Program-made: the position numbers and the translations under genes
Shown: one piece after another, positions 30,324 to 39,953 of the stretch
Numbering within the stretch: the stretch's first letter is position 1
Layout: every line of letters begins with the position of its first letter
DNA from: a virus
Virus record (IMG/VR): IMGVR_UViG_3300032271_001847
Location: 5,764 to 69,763 of that record
Length of the DNA stretch: 64,000 nt
Reading direction: 5' to 3' (one strand)
The notes under the pieces: model-generated
Told to the model about the DNA's origin: nothing
Seen by the model: the letters and a program-made list of their open reading frames with translations, nothing else
Databases searched by the model: none

Positions 30324-33300
30324 TGCTTATTCCTAGAACGCTTTCGGTGAGTGATGGTACTATTTGGACATCGGTTACCCGTGCTCCACTAATGAATATC
30401 TCGTCGGCATCGCACGCGATCTCAAAGAGATCACCAAATTTTGCCTGTGCGTTTAGTGGTGTTATCACCACCGATCCAACAATGGTGGCAAGAACCTGAT
30501 GTATGTATGCAGCCAACTCCGTGAAGAAAAAACTCTGTCCAAAATCCCAGTTTGAAAGGCTGAAATATTGGTTTACGGCCTGTATTACCAAGCTCTTGAC
30601 CTCATTATCAGTAACCGTGGTCCCGGGTGTTTTGACAACCTTGAATTTTGCTTGATATTCTGGTGCGGCCTGGCTACCAACGATCACCTTGTAACTAACA
30701 GGATGCCATATCATCTGATCAGTCATCTGCTTGTATTGTTCAAGGTCAACAAACGCCGCCTTGAGCTCAGCACTGCTAAGTGGCTGTGGCATGGTTGCCA
30801 TGCTACCATTGGTGGCTATCCAATTCCTGAGATCAGTATCATACGCGGAAGTTAATGTGTACATATCGATTATGTTCATAACCGCCGGATTGATGCGCTG
30901 ATCAGTCGGAGCAAAATGCTTCCACAAAAAAGAAAGATTGTTTCTTCCTATTCGCATCTTATAATCCGGGGTCACATCGATAAAGGTATTTTGTGCATAT
31001 TGATAGAAAACGCCATTGCTGATGATGTATGCCACTTCACCGGTTGTCCAGTTGGCATCAGTCGGAGTTGGTAACAATCCTGGATTTGAATAGATGCGCG
31101 ACGTTGGTATGACAACCGGATACCAATACTGGTATCCATCGGACGAGGTTTTCCTATTCCAGAATATCATCCTGCTTGGTATCATCTGCGGATCGACTAT
31201 TTCATTAAACTCATCCGGGTCGTCTGGAATTCCATAGTTGTCTCCTTCCCACATCGTGAGACGCACACTGCGAGGATCAGCAAATCCGTCTGGATATATC
31301 TGTTGTCCAGTGATTTGCCATAGATAATCTTGAGATAGTGCTAAACCGGTTGTTGAATCCGGATTGATGCTCAAAACACTGACATAATCAAGCTGTGCCG
31401 TATTGGTATTTGGATCAAACACCTTCTTCGTGTTTTCAAAATAAAAACGATTTTGTCTCTCGCTTTCAAAGATGTATCTCATCGCACGAGAATATATCCT
31501 CCACCCTGCACCGGTCCACACAACCTTGATCATCCAGCTTGCATCCTTATTGGTGCTACTGGTATTTCCAGCAAAATCAAGGCTAAAACTAGAACTCGCG
31601 CTAAGATTATCCGACGTGATCACCTTCCATGTAAGATCAGATGCATTGTATCTGACTCCAAAAGTAACATGCTTCTGCAATTGTGCCGCTATGGCAATGC
31701 TTTCATCCTGTGTAAACGTGGTACGGAAAGATGCGATAACATATGATGGCTGGTATCCCTGTCCGAGAAGCGTGCTAATGGTTATGGCACCTTCTCCGCC
31801 CGACACCTTTCCGGAAAGATTGATACCAGTACCATCGCCGATGACACCTATCAATGAAGCTAGGGTGTTTTTTCCGGTAGATGGATTTGAAAACCCAACC
31901 AATGATCCTTGCGTTACATATTGAAGCGGGCTGTTGACCGGCGCGTTTGTACCAACGGCAACAGCAGTAGATCCGGTGAAAAAAGCACCTGTGCAACTGG
32001 TAGTAAGGCTCGTGATGGTCTTCCATACGTATCCAGACCCAATATCCACGCGGGGATAGCTGTAATAAAAGAAATTCTTTAGCTCAAGCGCCTGTGTTTG
32101 GCTATTAAAGCTGCCATTGACCAACGGCTGTATCTGCGTATTGACAACAACCAATGCATTGGTTCCAGGGGAATTGACCACGTCTCTCATGTTGAGATCG
32201 TTTTCCATGTAAAGGATTCCGTCAGTTCCAAAAACATTCAGATCGTTATAGCTACCGGTAGGATCATTTAGATCAAGGTATCGGCTCTGTCCGCTATAAA
32301 CACGATTCACAGCCTTGTTCTTTAATATCCTTGCATCCTGCAACGGAAAGAGATTGTAATCTTCACCGTTGACCATTCGATCCTGGGTGTAGTATGTCTG
32401 GGGAGCGTTCTGTGCAATGCGATAGTTATCCTCGGTGCTCTGTGCATTGTTCACGGTGTATTGAAGATTGGTGGTGAACGCCACGTTCCATGCGTTGTTA
32501 AGATTGTCCACATATGCAAATGCAAACACCTGATTTGAAATGTCAGAAGGACGTATCTGATAGGTGAGATTATTGCTAATCCTATGCCATACCCTAACTA
32601 TTCCAATCGGAACGTTTCCAAAATTTCCGTCAGCAAATCGCACGCTGATTTGATCATTTCCATTGCTGTCTCTCGTGACCACGCTATAAATGTTGCGTAT
32701 GTTCTTATCAATGCTGTTGTAGATGACATTAAATCCGTTAACGCTAGGAACCTTGGTCCATTTCTTGCTCACCAACCCGGTGCTATCTATCGTTTGAACC
32801 CATACGTCGGTCTGGTTAACACCGTCCGTGTCAACATCTATCACGCGGTTTGCTAGTGGGAGGCTGCACTGATAGTCCTTGTACTGCATGCTACCTTGTT
32901 TAAAATAAAGGAAGAAACCGGTGTTAGCACTGGCATATCCATTACCATCGGCACGATAAACGATGTTCCAACTGTTCAACGGATCAGGGTCAATCTCATA
33001 AAAATTTCCAGAATTTGCTAGAGATGTGGTGCTACCTTCATTGAATGTTGCATTTGCCAATTCAAGCTGTACGTTGTTCCCTGCAATGGACGCGGTAAAT
33101 GGAATCACGCTAAGAGGTATTGAAACGTTGTTCATCTCATATAGCTGGGTTTCAACACCTGAAACCAATCCCGATTTTGATGGATTTCCAAACGTGTTGG
33201 TTGAATTTAGTGTGGCATTCATCACCAATATAAATTGTTCAAACCAATCAGGGTTGTTTTGATCATTCCAGATGATTTGCACGTTTTGAAGATTGGTTCC

Positions 33301-33705
33301 ATATGAATCGTATATCGGCTGGTCAGTGATCACAGCGGTTATCTTCACCAACCCGCTTGCCGGAATGCATCGCTGTGGCTGATAGTTGAGCATGCGTGCT
33401 AATCTGAAGATGCTTTCACGGCGAGTTGCCGTGTCAAGGAAGTTCTCTCGTGTATTGAGATCCATCCTGAAAGCCAGACTTTGTCCAAGATATGCTAACA
33501 GATCGATCAATGCAACAAACTCGCTGCTTTCGACCCAATCGTTAAAATCCTCCGGATAATTCAACCGTATGTAGTTGATCATCGCAGTGCGTATCGAACT
33601 AAAATCATATGCGTTGAAATTGATCTGCGTGAACGCCGTGTATATGACGCGCCAATCCTCAGCGGCAAAGAGTTGACTCTGTCTCAGTTGTTGTGTGATG
33701 GCCAT
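30316..33705 (-). CDS. Baseplate wedge subunit (T4 gp6-like)
   Basis: YDF..IR, DFND..ESSE, NTRENFLDTA.RRES, FADGNFG.VP, QDRMVNGEDY. Confidence 0.9.
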   Translation of the reverse strand: MAITQQLRQSQLFAAEDWRVIYTAFTQINFNAYDFSSIRTAMINYIRLNYPEDFNDWVESSEFVALIDLLAYLGQSLAFRMDLNTRENFLDTATRRESIFRLARMLNYQPQRCIPASGLVKITAVITDQPIYDSYGTNLQNVQIIWNDQNNPDWFEQFILVMNATLNSTNTFGNPSKSGLVSGVETQLYEMNNVSIPLSVIPFTASIAGNNVQLELANATFNEGSTTSLANSGNFYEIDPDPLNSWNIVYRADGNGYASANTGFFLYFKQGSMQYKDYQCSLPLANRVIDVDTDGVNQTDVWVQTIDSTGLVSKKWTKVPSVNGFNVIYNSIDKNIRNIYSVVTRDSNGNDQISVRFADGNFGNVPIGIVRVWHRISNNLTYQIRPSDISNQVFAFAYVDNLNNAWNVAFTTNLQYTVNNAQSTEDNYRIAQNAPQTYYTQDRMVNGEDYNLFPLQDARILKNKAVNRVYSGQSRYLDLNDPTGSYNDLNVFGTDGILYMENDLNMRDVVNSPGTNALVVVNTQIQPLVNGSFNSQTQALELKNFFYYSYPRVDIGSGYVWKTITSLTTSCTGAFFTGSTAVAVGTNAPVNSPLQYVTQGSLVGFSNPSTGKNTLASLIGVIGDGTGINLSGKVSGGEGAITISTLLGQGYQPSYVIASFRTTFTQDESIAIAAQLQKHVTFGVRYNASDLTWKVITSDNLSASSSFSLDFAGNTSSTNKDASWMIKVVWTGAGWRIYSRAMRYIFESERQNRFYFENTKKVFDPNTNTAQLDYVSVLSINPDSTTGLALSQDYLWQITGQQIYPDGFADPRSVRLTMWEGDNYGIPDDPDEFNEIVDPQMIPSRMIFWNRKTSSDGYQYWYPVVIPTSRIYSNPGLLPTPTDANWTTGEVAYIISNGVFYQYAQNTFIDVTPDYKMRIGRNNLSFLWKHFAPTDQRINPAVMNIIDMYTLTSAYDTDLRNWIATNGSMATMPQPLSSAELKAAFVDLEQYKQMTDQMIWHPVSYKVIVGSQAAPEYQAKFKVVKTPGTTVTDNEVKSLVIQAVNQYFSLSNWDFGQSFFFTELAAYIHQVLATIVGSVVITPLNAQAKFGDLFEIACDADEIFISGARVTDVQIVPSLTESVLGISNG

Positions 33706-33721
33706 TGTTCTCTGTTGTCCT

Positions 33722-34105
33722 TTAGATCATCTGCTGGCTGCGTTTGTCAAAATTCACAGCAAAAGTTCCATATGCATTAAATGGAACGTAGTATAGGTTC
33801 ATCAGTATCCGTAGCATTCCGTCTGTTTCGGTAACATCGATTGATCCAAGCTGAACACGAGAATCTCTGGATATGACCTGTTCGGCTTCATAGACTATGA
33901 GATCTCGAACCTGATCAAGGGGTTCAAAGAGATATTCCCATATACCACATCCATAACCGGGCATCATCACCCGTTCATTTTTCCTGGTATAAAAATGATT
34001 TAGCAGATCCTGCTCCACCATCTTGAGATCAACTAGATGTTGGATCCGCGAAGAGCCGACGGTCGAATATCCGACGAATAGATTTTTGCTTGTTAAAGTT
34101 GCCAT
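33722..34105 (-). CDS. Baseplate wedge subunit (gp25-like)
   Basis: DLLNHFYTRKNERVMMPGYGC.IWEYLFEP, DSRV. Confidence 0.9.
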   Translation of the reverse strand: MATLTSKNLFVGYSTVGSSRIQHLVDLKMVEQDLLNHFYTRKNERVMMPGYGCGIWEYLFEPLDQVRDLIVYEAEQVISRDSRVQLGSIDVTETDGMLRILMNLYYVPFNAYGTFAVNFDKRSQQMI

Positions 34106-34202
34106 ATTAGCTGTATTTATCATGGTAAGAAGGTGGAGATTTTACGGTTATTGACAGCCATTGATACCAATTAGCACACTGAACGTCTAAGATAGGGATA
34201 AC

Positions 34203-34445
34203 ATGCCAACAGTTGAAGAAACCATCCTTGGATATCTCAAGGATTACACATCGCCAGGATTTACTCCGGCATTAGAACACCGTCTGCTAGAGGATCTAAA
34301 TCTTGATAGCCTTGACATAGTCGAGCTTTCCATGCATCTGGAAGAATCACTCAATATCATTCTCGATGATGACGATGGCATACGAAAATCCAAAACGGTT
34401 GGCGATCTTGTTTCTTTCATACGTAAACGCACCGGGTTACAATGA
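34203..34445 (+). CDS. acpP: Acyl carrier protein
   Basis: 80-aa acidic protein with DLNLDSLDIVEL...LEE and TVGDLV. Confidence 0.88.
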   Translation: MPTVEETILGYLKDYTSPGFTPALEHRLLEDLNLDSLDIVELSMHLEESLNIILDDDDGIRKSKTVGDLVSFIRKRTGLQ

Positions 34446-34636
34446 TTACACGATCCGATCAATTGATTGAGGACATTGCCATGGCCATCTATTCAGATAG
34501 CTATACCCAATATGGCACTTGCAGTCCGTTGCATTGGCAAAAAACAAGTGAAACCCAACGAGAGTTTTGCCGAGGGCAAGCAAGGGCAGTGATTGATGTG
34601 TTGGTATCAAAAAACATGTTGGTAGTAAAGATCTAA
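34442..34636 (+). CDS. Hypothetical protein
   Basis: ATGA-coupled to the ACP gene. Confidence 0.6.
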   Translation: MITRSDQLIEDIAMAIYSDSYTQYGTCSPLHWQKTSETQREFCRGQARAVIDVLVSKNMLVVKI

Positions 34637-34648
34637 GCAGGGGGCTTC

Positions 34649-35146
34649 ATGGACGTTACCATCAAGGGTCAACATTTTGATCGAGATCAAAAAATACTGA
34701 TGGTCGATCTCGCAAGATGGTGCGGAAACAAATTACTCGGTCCTCGTATAAACAAGAACGTGGAACTGCTCATACGCATTGTCAATCCTAAGACGATTGG
34801 CATTAACAGGACTTACGGAACATCAGAAGTACACCATGATGATGAACGGAGGTATCCTCGCAGTTTCATCATCACCACCACCAACTACTACGGAACGTTA
34901 CGCACGCTCATGATAGTTGCACATGAAATGTTACACGTTAAGCAATATGCATTGCGAGAACTAACCTATTGCGGAAGAACCGGGTCGGCTCGCTGGCAAG
35001 GTAAGTTGATCGATGAGAACATCGTCGACTATTGGGATCTACCGTGGGAGATAGAAGCATATGGCAGGGAGAAGGGTCTTGTATATCAATGGGCACAGGA
35101 TCGAGGACATGATACCACGGCAAAATGGCACAAGGAGTTGTTTTAA
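34649..35146 (+). CDS. Putative zinc metallopeptidase (HEXXH)
   Basis: AHEMLHVKQY...YWDLPWEIEAY. Confidence 0.75.
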   Translation: MDVTIKGQHFDRDQKILMVDLARWCGNKLLGPRINKNVELLIRIVNPKTIGINRTYGTSEVHHDDERRYPRSFIITTTNYYGTLRTLMIVAHEMLHVKQYALRELTYCGRTGSARWQGKLIDENIVDYWDLPWEIEAYGREKGLVYQWAQDRGHDTTAKWHKELF

Positions 35147-35557
35147 TGTCATACGAGTCACCGATAAGAAAAGGTGTATTATACACGGATCTCACCCGGG
35201 TCTCTGATGAATTCAATGATTGGAGCCGATGCCTTACCGGTGGTTATCAGATAGATTTCAGCACGGTTGAAAAGATGGGTATAGACATGCCCGAGACACC
35301 AATGCGGATTACCTTTTCATGCGTGGAAGATCAGGCAGCATATTTGCTCACATGGACCGAGGAACATGTTGTTGGATTTGACAACATAATCTTACCGATA
35401 ATATGGCGATCAATGCCAACCATCATCGCCAATGCCAACCATCATCGCCAATGACATCATCGGCGTGTCGCCAATGACCGGTCCAATTGGTTCTATATTT
35501 GCCCTAAGGAGCCGATATCTGCCATCCACACCGGAGGATCCCACGGATGGAAAATGA
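35146..35557 (+). pseudogene. Small protein with C-terminal major-capsid (Gol-region) fragment, frameshifted by a 19-bp duplication
   Basis: ORF 35146-35454 continues in another frame 35432-35557; repaired tail IILPIIWRSMPTIIANDIIGVSPMTGPIGSIFALRSRY. Confidence 0.7.
35411..35453 (+). repeat. 19-bp perfect tandem duplication
   Basis: CAATGCCAACCATCATCGC twice, followed by CAATG. Confidence 0.95.
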
Positions 35558-35948
35558 TCGTCATCTTGCTCCACAGCGAGCAGGGGTCCTTGATGACCGT
35601 AAATGGTTCACCAACGAGTTCAAGGATTGGATCAGCAAGAAGTGCCGCGGGCTCGTATCTATAAAAAAGATCAGGCCCGATGATGACCCCCACATACCCG
35701 TGTGGTACATTGAATTTGAAAATGATGAAGAGCGCGTGGAGTATCTGCTCACATGGATCGAGCCAGCCCCTGAACTCACCGTGGAAGAGATCATGTCATG
35801 GACCCTCAGCTATGAGATCGAAAAGGAGATCAATTCCGAAATACTGGAAAAAATCTCCAGCTCCGCGAGTCCATCCTCTCACAATTCCGATCAGTGGGTA
35901 AAAAAGGGCAATCTCTGGTTGCGACCCCTCAAGGACCGATTGACATAG
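35547..35948 (+). CDS. Small protein with a capsid-like helix
   Basis: GGAGG RBS; IEFENDEERVEYLLTW followed by VEEIMSWTLSYEIEKEINSEILEKI. Confidence 0.7.
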   Translation: MENDRHLAPQRAGVLDDRKWFTNEFKDWISKKCRGLVSIKKIRPDDDPHIPVWYIEFENDEERVEYLLTWIEPAPELTVEEIMSWTLSYEIEKEINSEILEKISSSASPSSHNSDQWVKKGNLWLRPLKDRLT

Positions 35949-35994
35949 CTGTACGCCGTGCTATTATGCTCGCATGGAACGACAGGAGCACGGT

Positions 35995-36684
35995 ATGACC
36001 ATCACTGCCGAGGAAATGATCTGCTCGCTGGCTGGCATGTGCAACCGTGCCAGTACCACGGACGGTGCCGGCTTCAGTAAAATGGATGCTGATTTTGGCC
36101 ATAGCCTTGCACAGTGGGCAAACCAGGGCCGTACATGGACCAACAAGCAGGCCTGTGCTGCATTGAAGATGCTGCGCAAATACCAGCGCCAGCTCGGCGG
36201 CAAGGAGTTCATGGATGGTTGGTTGAAAAATCCAATCTTCCGGTGCCAGCCGATAAACACCGACGTTCCGTCCAATAACGAGACGATGTCTCACCCTGAT
36301 CGGGTGCTGTCGAGCAACGGCAGCAATGCGGTTTTCAGCTTTCGTTATGATGCGGCGTTGGTTTCAGACATCAAGAACATCCGTGGAACGCACAGGGACA
36401 GGAAGTTTTGGGCAAACTGGGAACCCGTTTCAAAAACATGGTTGGTTCCAGTCAATGAAACCAGCATCTGGTCCATCATGGATGTTGCCGAAAAACACGG
36501 TTTCACCATCGAAGAACGATTTCTTTCCTATCTGGATCAGGTGAGAGAAAAGACCGAAGAAAGCCGTACCATGCTAGCCCTAAATGATGGGCGTAACGTG
36601 GTCATGGTTGGTAATACGATCGTGATTTCCATTGCCGATGCGGCAATACTTGAGGAGTTTGAACGTGAACTTGCAGAATCCTGA
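35995..36684 (+). CDS. Helicase-associated protein with HARP-like domain
   Basis: DGAGFSKMD motif; FSFRYDAALVSDIKNI...WEPVSKTWLVP; promoter at 35940 and AGGAG RBS. Confidence 0.6.
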   Translation: MTITAEEMICSLAGMCNRASTTDGAGFSKMDADFGHSLAQWANQGRTWTNKQACAALKMLRKYQRQLGGKEFMDGWLKNPIFRCQPINTDVPSNNETMSHPDRVLSSNGSNAVFSFRYDAALVSDIKNIRGTHRDRKFWANWEPVSKTWLVPVNETSIWSIMDVAEKHGFTIEERFLSYLDQVREKTEESRTMLALNDGRNVVMVGNTIVISIADAAILEEFERELAES

Positions 36685-36685
36685 C

Positions 36686-36964
36686 ATGAAAGAAACACAG
36701 GTAATGGACGAACGCCAGGAAATCATTGATTTCTTCAGTAACATGGAGGTCATTCATGGAACCGTGTTTGATGACGGGCGCAGATGGTGTGGGTTGTGTC
36801 TAGCACCTCGGTTCATGTGCTAACCGATGGTTGACAATCCATGGACCGAACGCACCTGTTTACAATGCAAGGCAATCTGGCCCGAGTTCCTTGACATCGT
36901 TGCTACCGAGATGATGGAAGACGATGACTTCCAGAATGGGTTTGATAATGTTGTCATCAACTAA
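36686..36964 (+). pseudogene. Putative Zn-binding small protein with in-frame TAA, or two micro-ORFs
   Basis: WCGLC...C*PMVDNPWTERTCLQC...: frame continues past TAA at 36821-36823. Confidence 0.4.
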
Positions 36965-37019
36965 CGGTTGACCTTTCGGCAAAATCTGCTACTATAGGGC
37001 ATCAAACGAGGAGCCTATC

Positions 37020-38624
37020 ATGCTTTCGGTTGCTGCCACGATTAATAATACCCGTAAGATCATCCGTCTTGCCACCAAACACGGTCTCAATGTGGATCCT
37101 AAGCTGCATGAGATCCTTGATGGCATTCCTCGGGTACAGGTGTTGCCTGGGTTTGCTTTCAAGCTCAAGGATTTCCAAGCCGACGGGGTGGCCTGGTTGG
37201 AAAAGCAAGACGGCCGTGGATTGCTCGCCGACGAGCAGGGTACCGGCAAGACCGTCCAGGTGATGGCCTACATCCACAAGTGCCAGGTTCTTCCTGCCCT
37301 GATCGTGGTGCCCAACACGCTGAAACTGAACTGGCGAAACGAGATCATCGCCATGACCGGTCAGCGCTATCGCATCAACATTGTGGGGAAGGCCTATAGC
37401 AAGCGACAAACCGCCAAGCGAGCATCCAGGCATCCCAACGTCATCTACAGCAAGGTTCCTACCGCAGGGTGCGATATCTACGTCATCAACTACGATATCC
37501 TTTCCGCCAACTGCGAACAGCTTGAAAATCTTGGACTTCAGTTCATGGCCGTGGATGAAAGCCACAAGATCAAAAATCCGGATGCCAAACGAACCCAGGC
37601 CATGCAACGACTGGCCGTCGGCGGGTATGACACCAAACTCAAGGGTGGCAAGCGTGAGCGTGTGACGTTTGGCCCTGGTATTGGACGAGTTACGCTAATG
37701 TCCGGTACTCCACAAGTCAATAAGCCTTTAGAGTTGTGGACGTCAGTTAGCACGGTAGCCCCATGGGTTCCAGAGTTCAGTACGTTTACCCGCTTTGCAT
37801 TCCGATACTGTAATCCCCAGAACGATGGCCACGGATGGAACTTTTCGGGGTCCAGCAATACCGCCGAGCTCAACCAACTGCTAACCGGCCATTGCATGAT
37901 GCGACGCATCAAGGCTGATGTGCTCAAATCCCTTCCGGCCAAGACTTGGTCAACCATTCCTCTGGACTTTGACCGCCGCGAGTATGACCAAGTTGAGGCT
38001 GCATTCAACGGAATCAATTGGCAGGCCGGCATGGAGACATTGATCCGGTTTGGTGGTAATCCGGCCAAGAGCGACGAGCCGATCGTTGCGATCCAGAAGC
38101 TGAAGGAAATTGCAGGGTACGCCAAGCTCAAGAGTGCGATTGAATGGATTCAAGATTATACTGAAGAAGGTCGCAAGTTGGTGGTGTTTGCTCACCATCG
38201 CAATGTGATCACAAATATCCAGAGCGAGTTGGAGAAAAATCAAGAATACGTTGGTAAAGTTCAGGTTATCATGGGCGGCGTCAGCAATGATGAGCGCGAT
38301 TCAGCTGTTCAAGCGTTCCAGAACGATCCCACTGTTCGCGTTATCATTGTGTCAATCCAGGCCGGCGGATTTGGATTGACTCTCACGGCTGCCTCAGCAG
38401 TGGCATTTGTTCAAATTCCTTGGTCGCCGGCAGAATTACAGCAGTGTGCTGACCGAGTGCACCGGGTGGGTCAAACTGCCAGCAGTGTTCAGATTTTTGT
38501 TCTCACTGCCGAAGGTACCGTCGAAGACGATCTAGCTGAGATGATCATGAGCAAGGCATCGGTCATGGATGAGGTACTAGACGGTGGGCGCAGTGTCAAT
38601 TATGTTGACCTCGGAGTCGCTTGA
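37020..38624 (+). CDS. SNF2-family helicase/translocase (SMARCAL1-like)
   Basis: LADEQGTGKT, DESH, SGTP, VVFAHH, GFGLTLT, QCADRVHRVGQ. Confidence 0.93.
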   Translation: MLSVAATINNTRKIIRLATKHGLNVDPKLHEILDGIPRVQVLPGFAFKLKDFQADGVAWLEKQDGRGLLADEQGTGKTVQVMAYIHKCQVLPALIVVPNTLKLNWRNEIIAMTGQRYRINIVGKAYSKRQTAKRASRHPNVIYSKVPTAGCDIYVINYDILSANCEQLENLGLQFMAVDESHKIKNPDAKRTQAMQRLAVGGYDTKLKGGKRERVTFGPGIGRVTLMSGTPQVNKPLELWTSVSTVAPWVPEFSTFTRFAFRYCNPQNDGHGWNFSGSSNTAELNQLLTGHCMMRRIKADVLKSLPAKTWSTIPLDFDRREYDQVEAAFNGINWQAGMETLIRFGGNPAKSDEPIVAIQKLKEIAGYAKLKSAIEWIQDYTEEGRKLVVFAHHRNVITNIQSELEKNQEYVGKVQVIMGGVSNDERDSAVQAFQNDPTVRVIIVSIQAGGFGLTLTAASAVAFVQIPWSPAELQQCADRVHRVGQTASSVQIFVLTAEGTVEDDLAEMIMSKASVMDEVLDGGRSVNYVDLGVA

Positions 38625-38634
38625 TCATACCTCG

Positions 38635-39522
38635 CTACCAGCTGGATCCAGGACACTTGATTGACATTACATTTTGATATCCGTCTGTCCACCATAATTT
38701 ACCAAGACTTCTAGCACCAATGGCAGATGATGTTCTCATTATTCTGCCTGGAAACCATCCGTCTCCGGGACAGATTTTTGACATTTTACTAACAGTGCCG
38801 TTGCTCCACCATGTGGTTCCTTTATGTATCAAACTAGATTTTGCTCGTTGTTCGACAGTGTTTGTTTGTAAACTACCTATTATCCATCCCTCACCGGGGC
38901 AAGTTTTTGACATTTTATTGTTGGTTCCGTCATTCCAGCATTTTAGCCCAGTCTTCAATTCTTTTAACTTATTGATAGTATCCAGCTTATGGGTGTTATT
39001 ACCTTTTAAGACCTTTGTGGCTAATGCCTTTGCAGCCCCAGTTTGATAACTATTGTTCGCCTTCCTTGTGGCTACAACTTTTTCTACCATTTTACGATAG
39101 GATCCTGATGCACGTTTGGTTTCAACCGATCTAGCAACCGATTCAAGAGTTCTTTTGTCGTTTCCGTTCTTCTTTCTAGTCAAATTTCCCTTAGCTACTG
39201 ACGCAGGGGTTGAATGGAATCCACCTTTGGCATAACTTCGATTTATGAATAGAGGGCTATTGACAACGTCAAATATGATCTGCCATTTTCTCTCAAGCTC
39301 TACCGCCTCGTCTACCGTTTCAATATATTGATCCGGTATAATGATAGTTTCAAATAAGTGCGGATTGGATTTAATTTCTGATGTCCACACATCTTTCCAT
39401 TCAACCGAAGTTACCGATCCGTGATAACCTTTTTGGATGTTCTCAACTTTTGTGCTACCTATATAATATGGAGGTAGCAATTGTCCTCGATATATAGTAA
39501 AATAAATGCAATATTTTTGCAT
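38635..39522 (-). CDS. GIY-YIG (Seg-like) homing endonuclease
   Basis: YCIY...YYIGS, YHGS, ELE, FIN; three C-terminal W.(D/N)G...MS..CPG..W repeats; AT-rich. Confidence 0.8.
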   Translation of the reverse strand: MQKYCIYFTIYRGQLLPPYYIGSTKVENIQKGYHGSVTSVEWKDVWTSEIKSNPHLFETIIIPDQYIETVDEAVELERKWQIIFDVVNSPLFINRSYAKGGFHSTPASVAKGNLTRKKNGNDKRTLESVARSVETKRASGSYRKMVEKVVATRKANNSYQTGAAKALATKVLKGNNTHKLDTINKLKELKTGLKCWNDGTNNKMSKTCPGEGWIIGSLQTNTVEQRAKSSLIHKGTTWWSNGTVSKMSKICPGDGWFPGRIMRTSSAIGARSLGKLWWTDGYQNVMSIKCPGSSW

Positions 39523-39590
39523 GCTGAATGCTCCTATAAGCGTTTAGAGTGGTTGGGGACTCTCACCTCCCGTGGACCACACTTATTTAT
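39523..39590 (-). promoter_or_regulatory. Late promoter ATAAATA plus conserved structured leader, copy 2
   Basis: ATAAATA, stem GTGGT/ACCAC enclosing GGGA/TCCC, then CTCTAAACGCTT..AGGAGCATTCAGC-ATG. Confidence 0.7.
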
Positions 39591-39689
39591 GCTTACTTCT
39601 TGACATGTTGGTCTAATATGCTATTATGACTGCATAGAGCAATAGACAGATGGTCAACACGCTGGACCTCAAGCTGGCGGGCAAGTGAG

Positions 39690-39953
39690 ATGGACCTAGG
39701 ATGGTATGGTGACCTCAACGAATGGTTCCCTGACAGGGACCAAAGCTACGTTCCGATCTGGGGAGCACACTGGAGCGACTACTCTGGTTGCGCATGGGTG
39801 GTCATCCTTGACCGAAACGGTCAGCTATACGAGCTCGACTATTGTTATTCACCGGAATCAGATGACAACCAGGCCCGTTGGGATCCATGGCCCGTTACAT
39901 ACGAACGGGCCATGGAAATACTTGAGGAATGGGAAGAATTCCTTGATGGTTAA
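39690..39953 (+). CDS. Hypothetical acidic, Trp-rich protein
   Basis: Downstream of TTGACA-N13-TGCTATTAT promoter at 39600. Confidence 0.6.
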   Translation: MDLGWYGDLNEWFPDRDQSYVPIWGAHWSDYSGCAWVVILDRNGQLYELDYCYSPESDDNQARWDPWPVTYERAMEILEEWEEFLDG

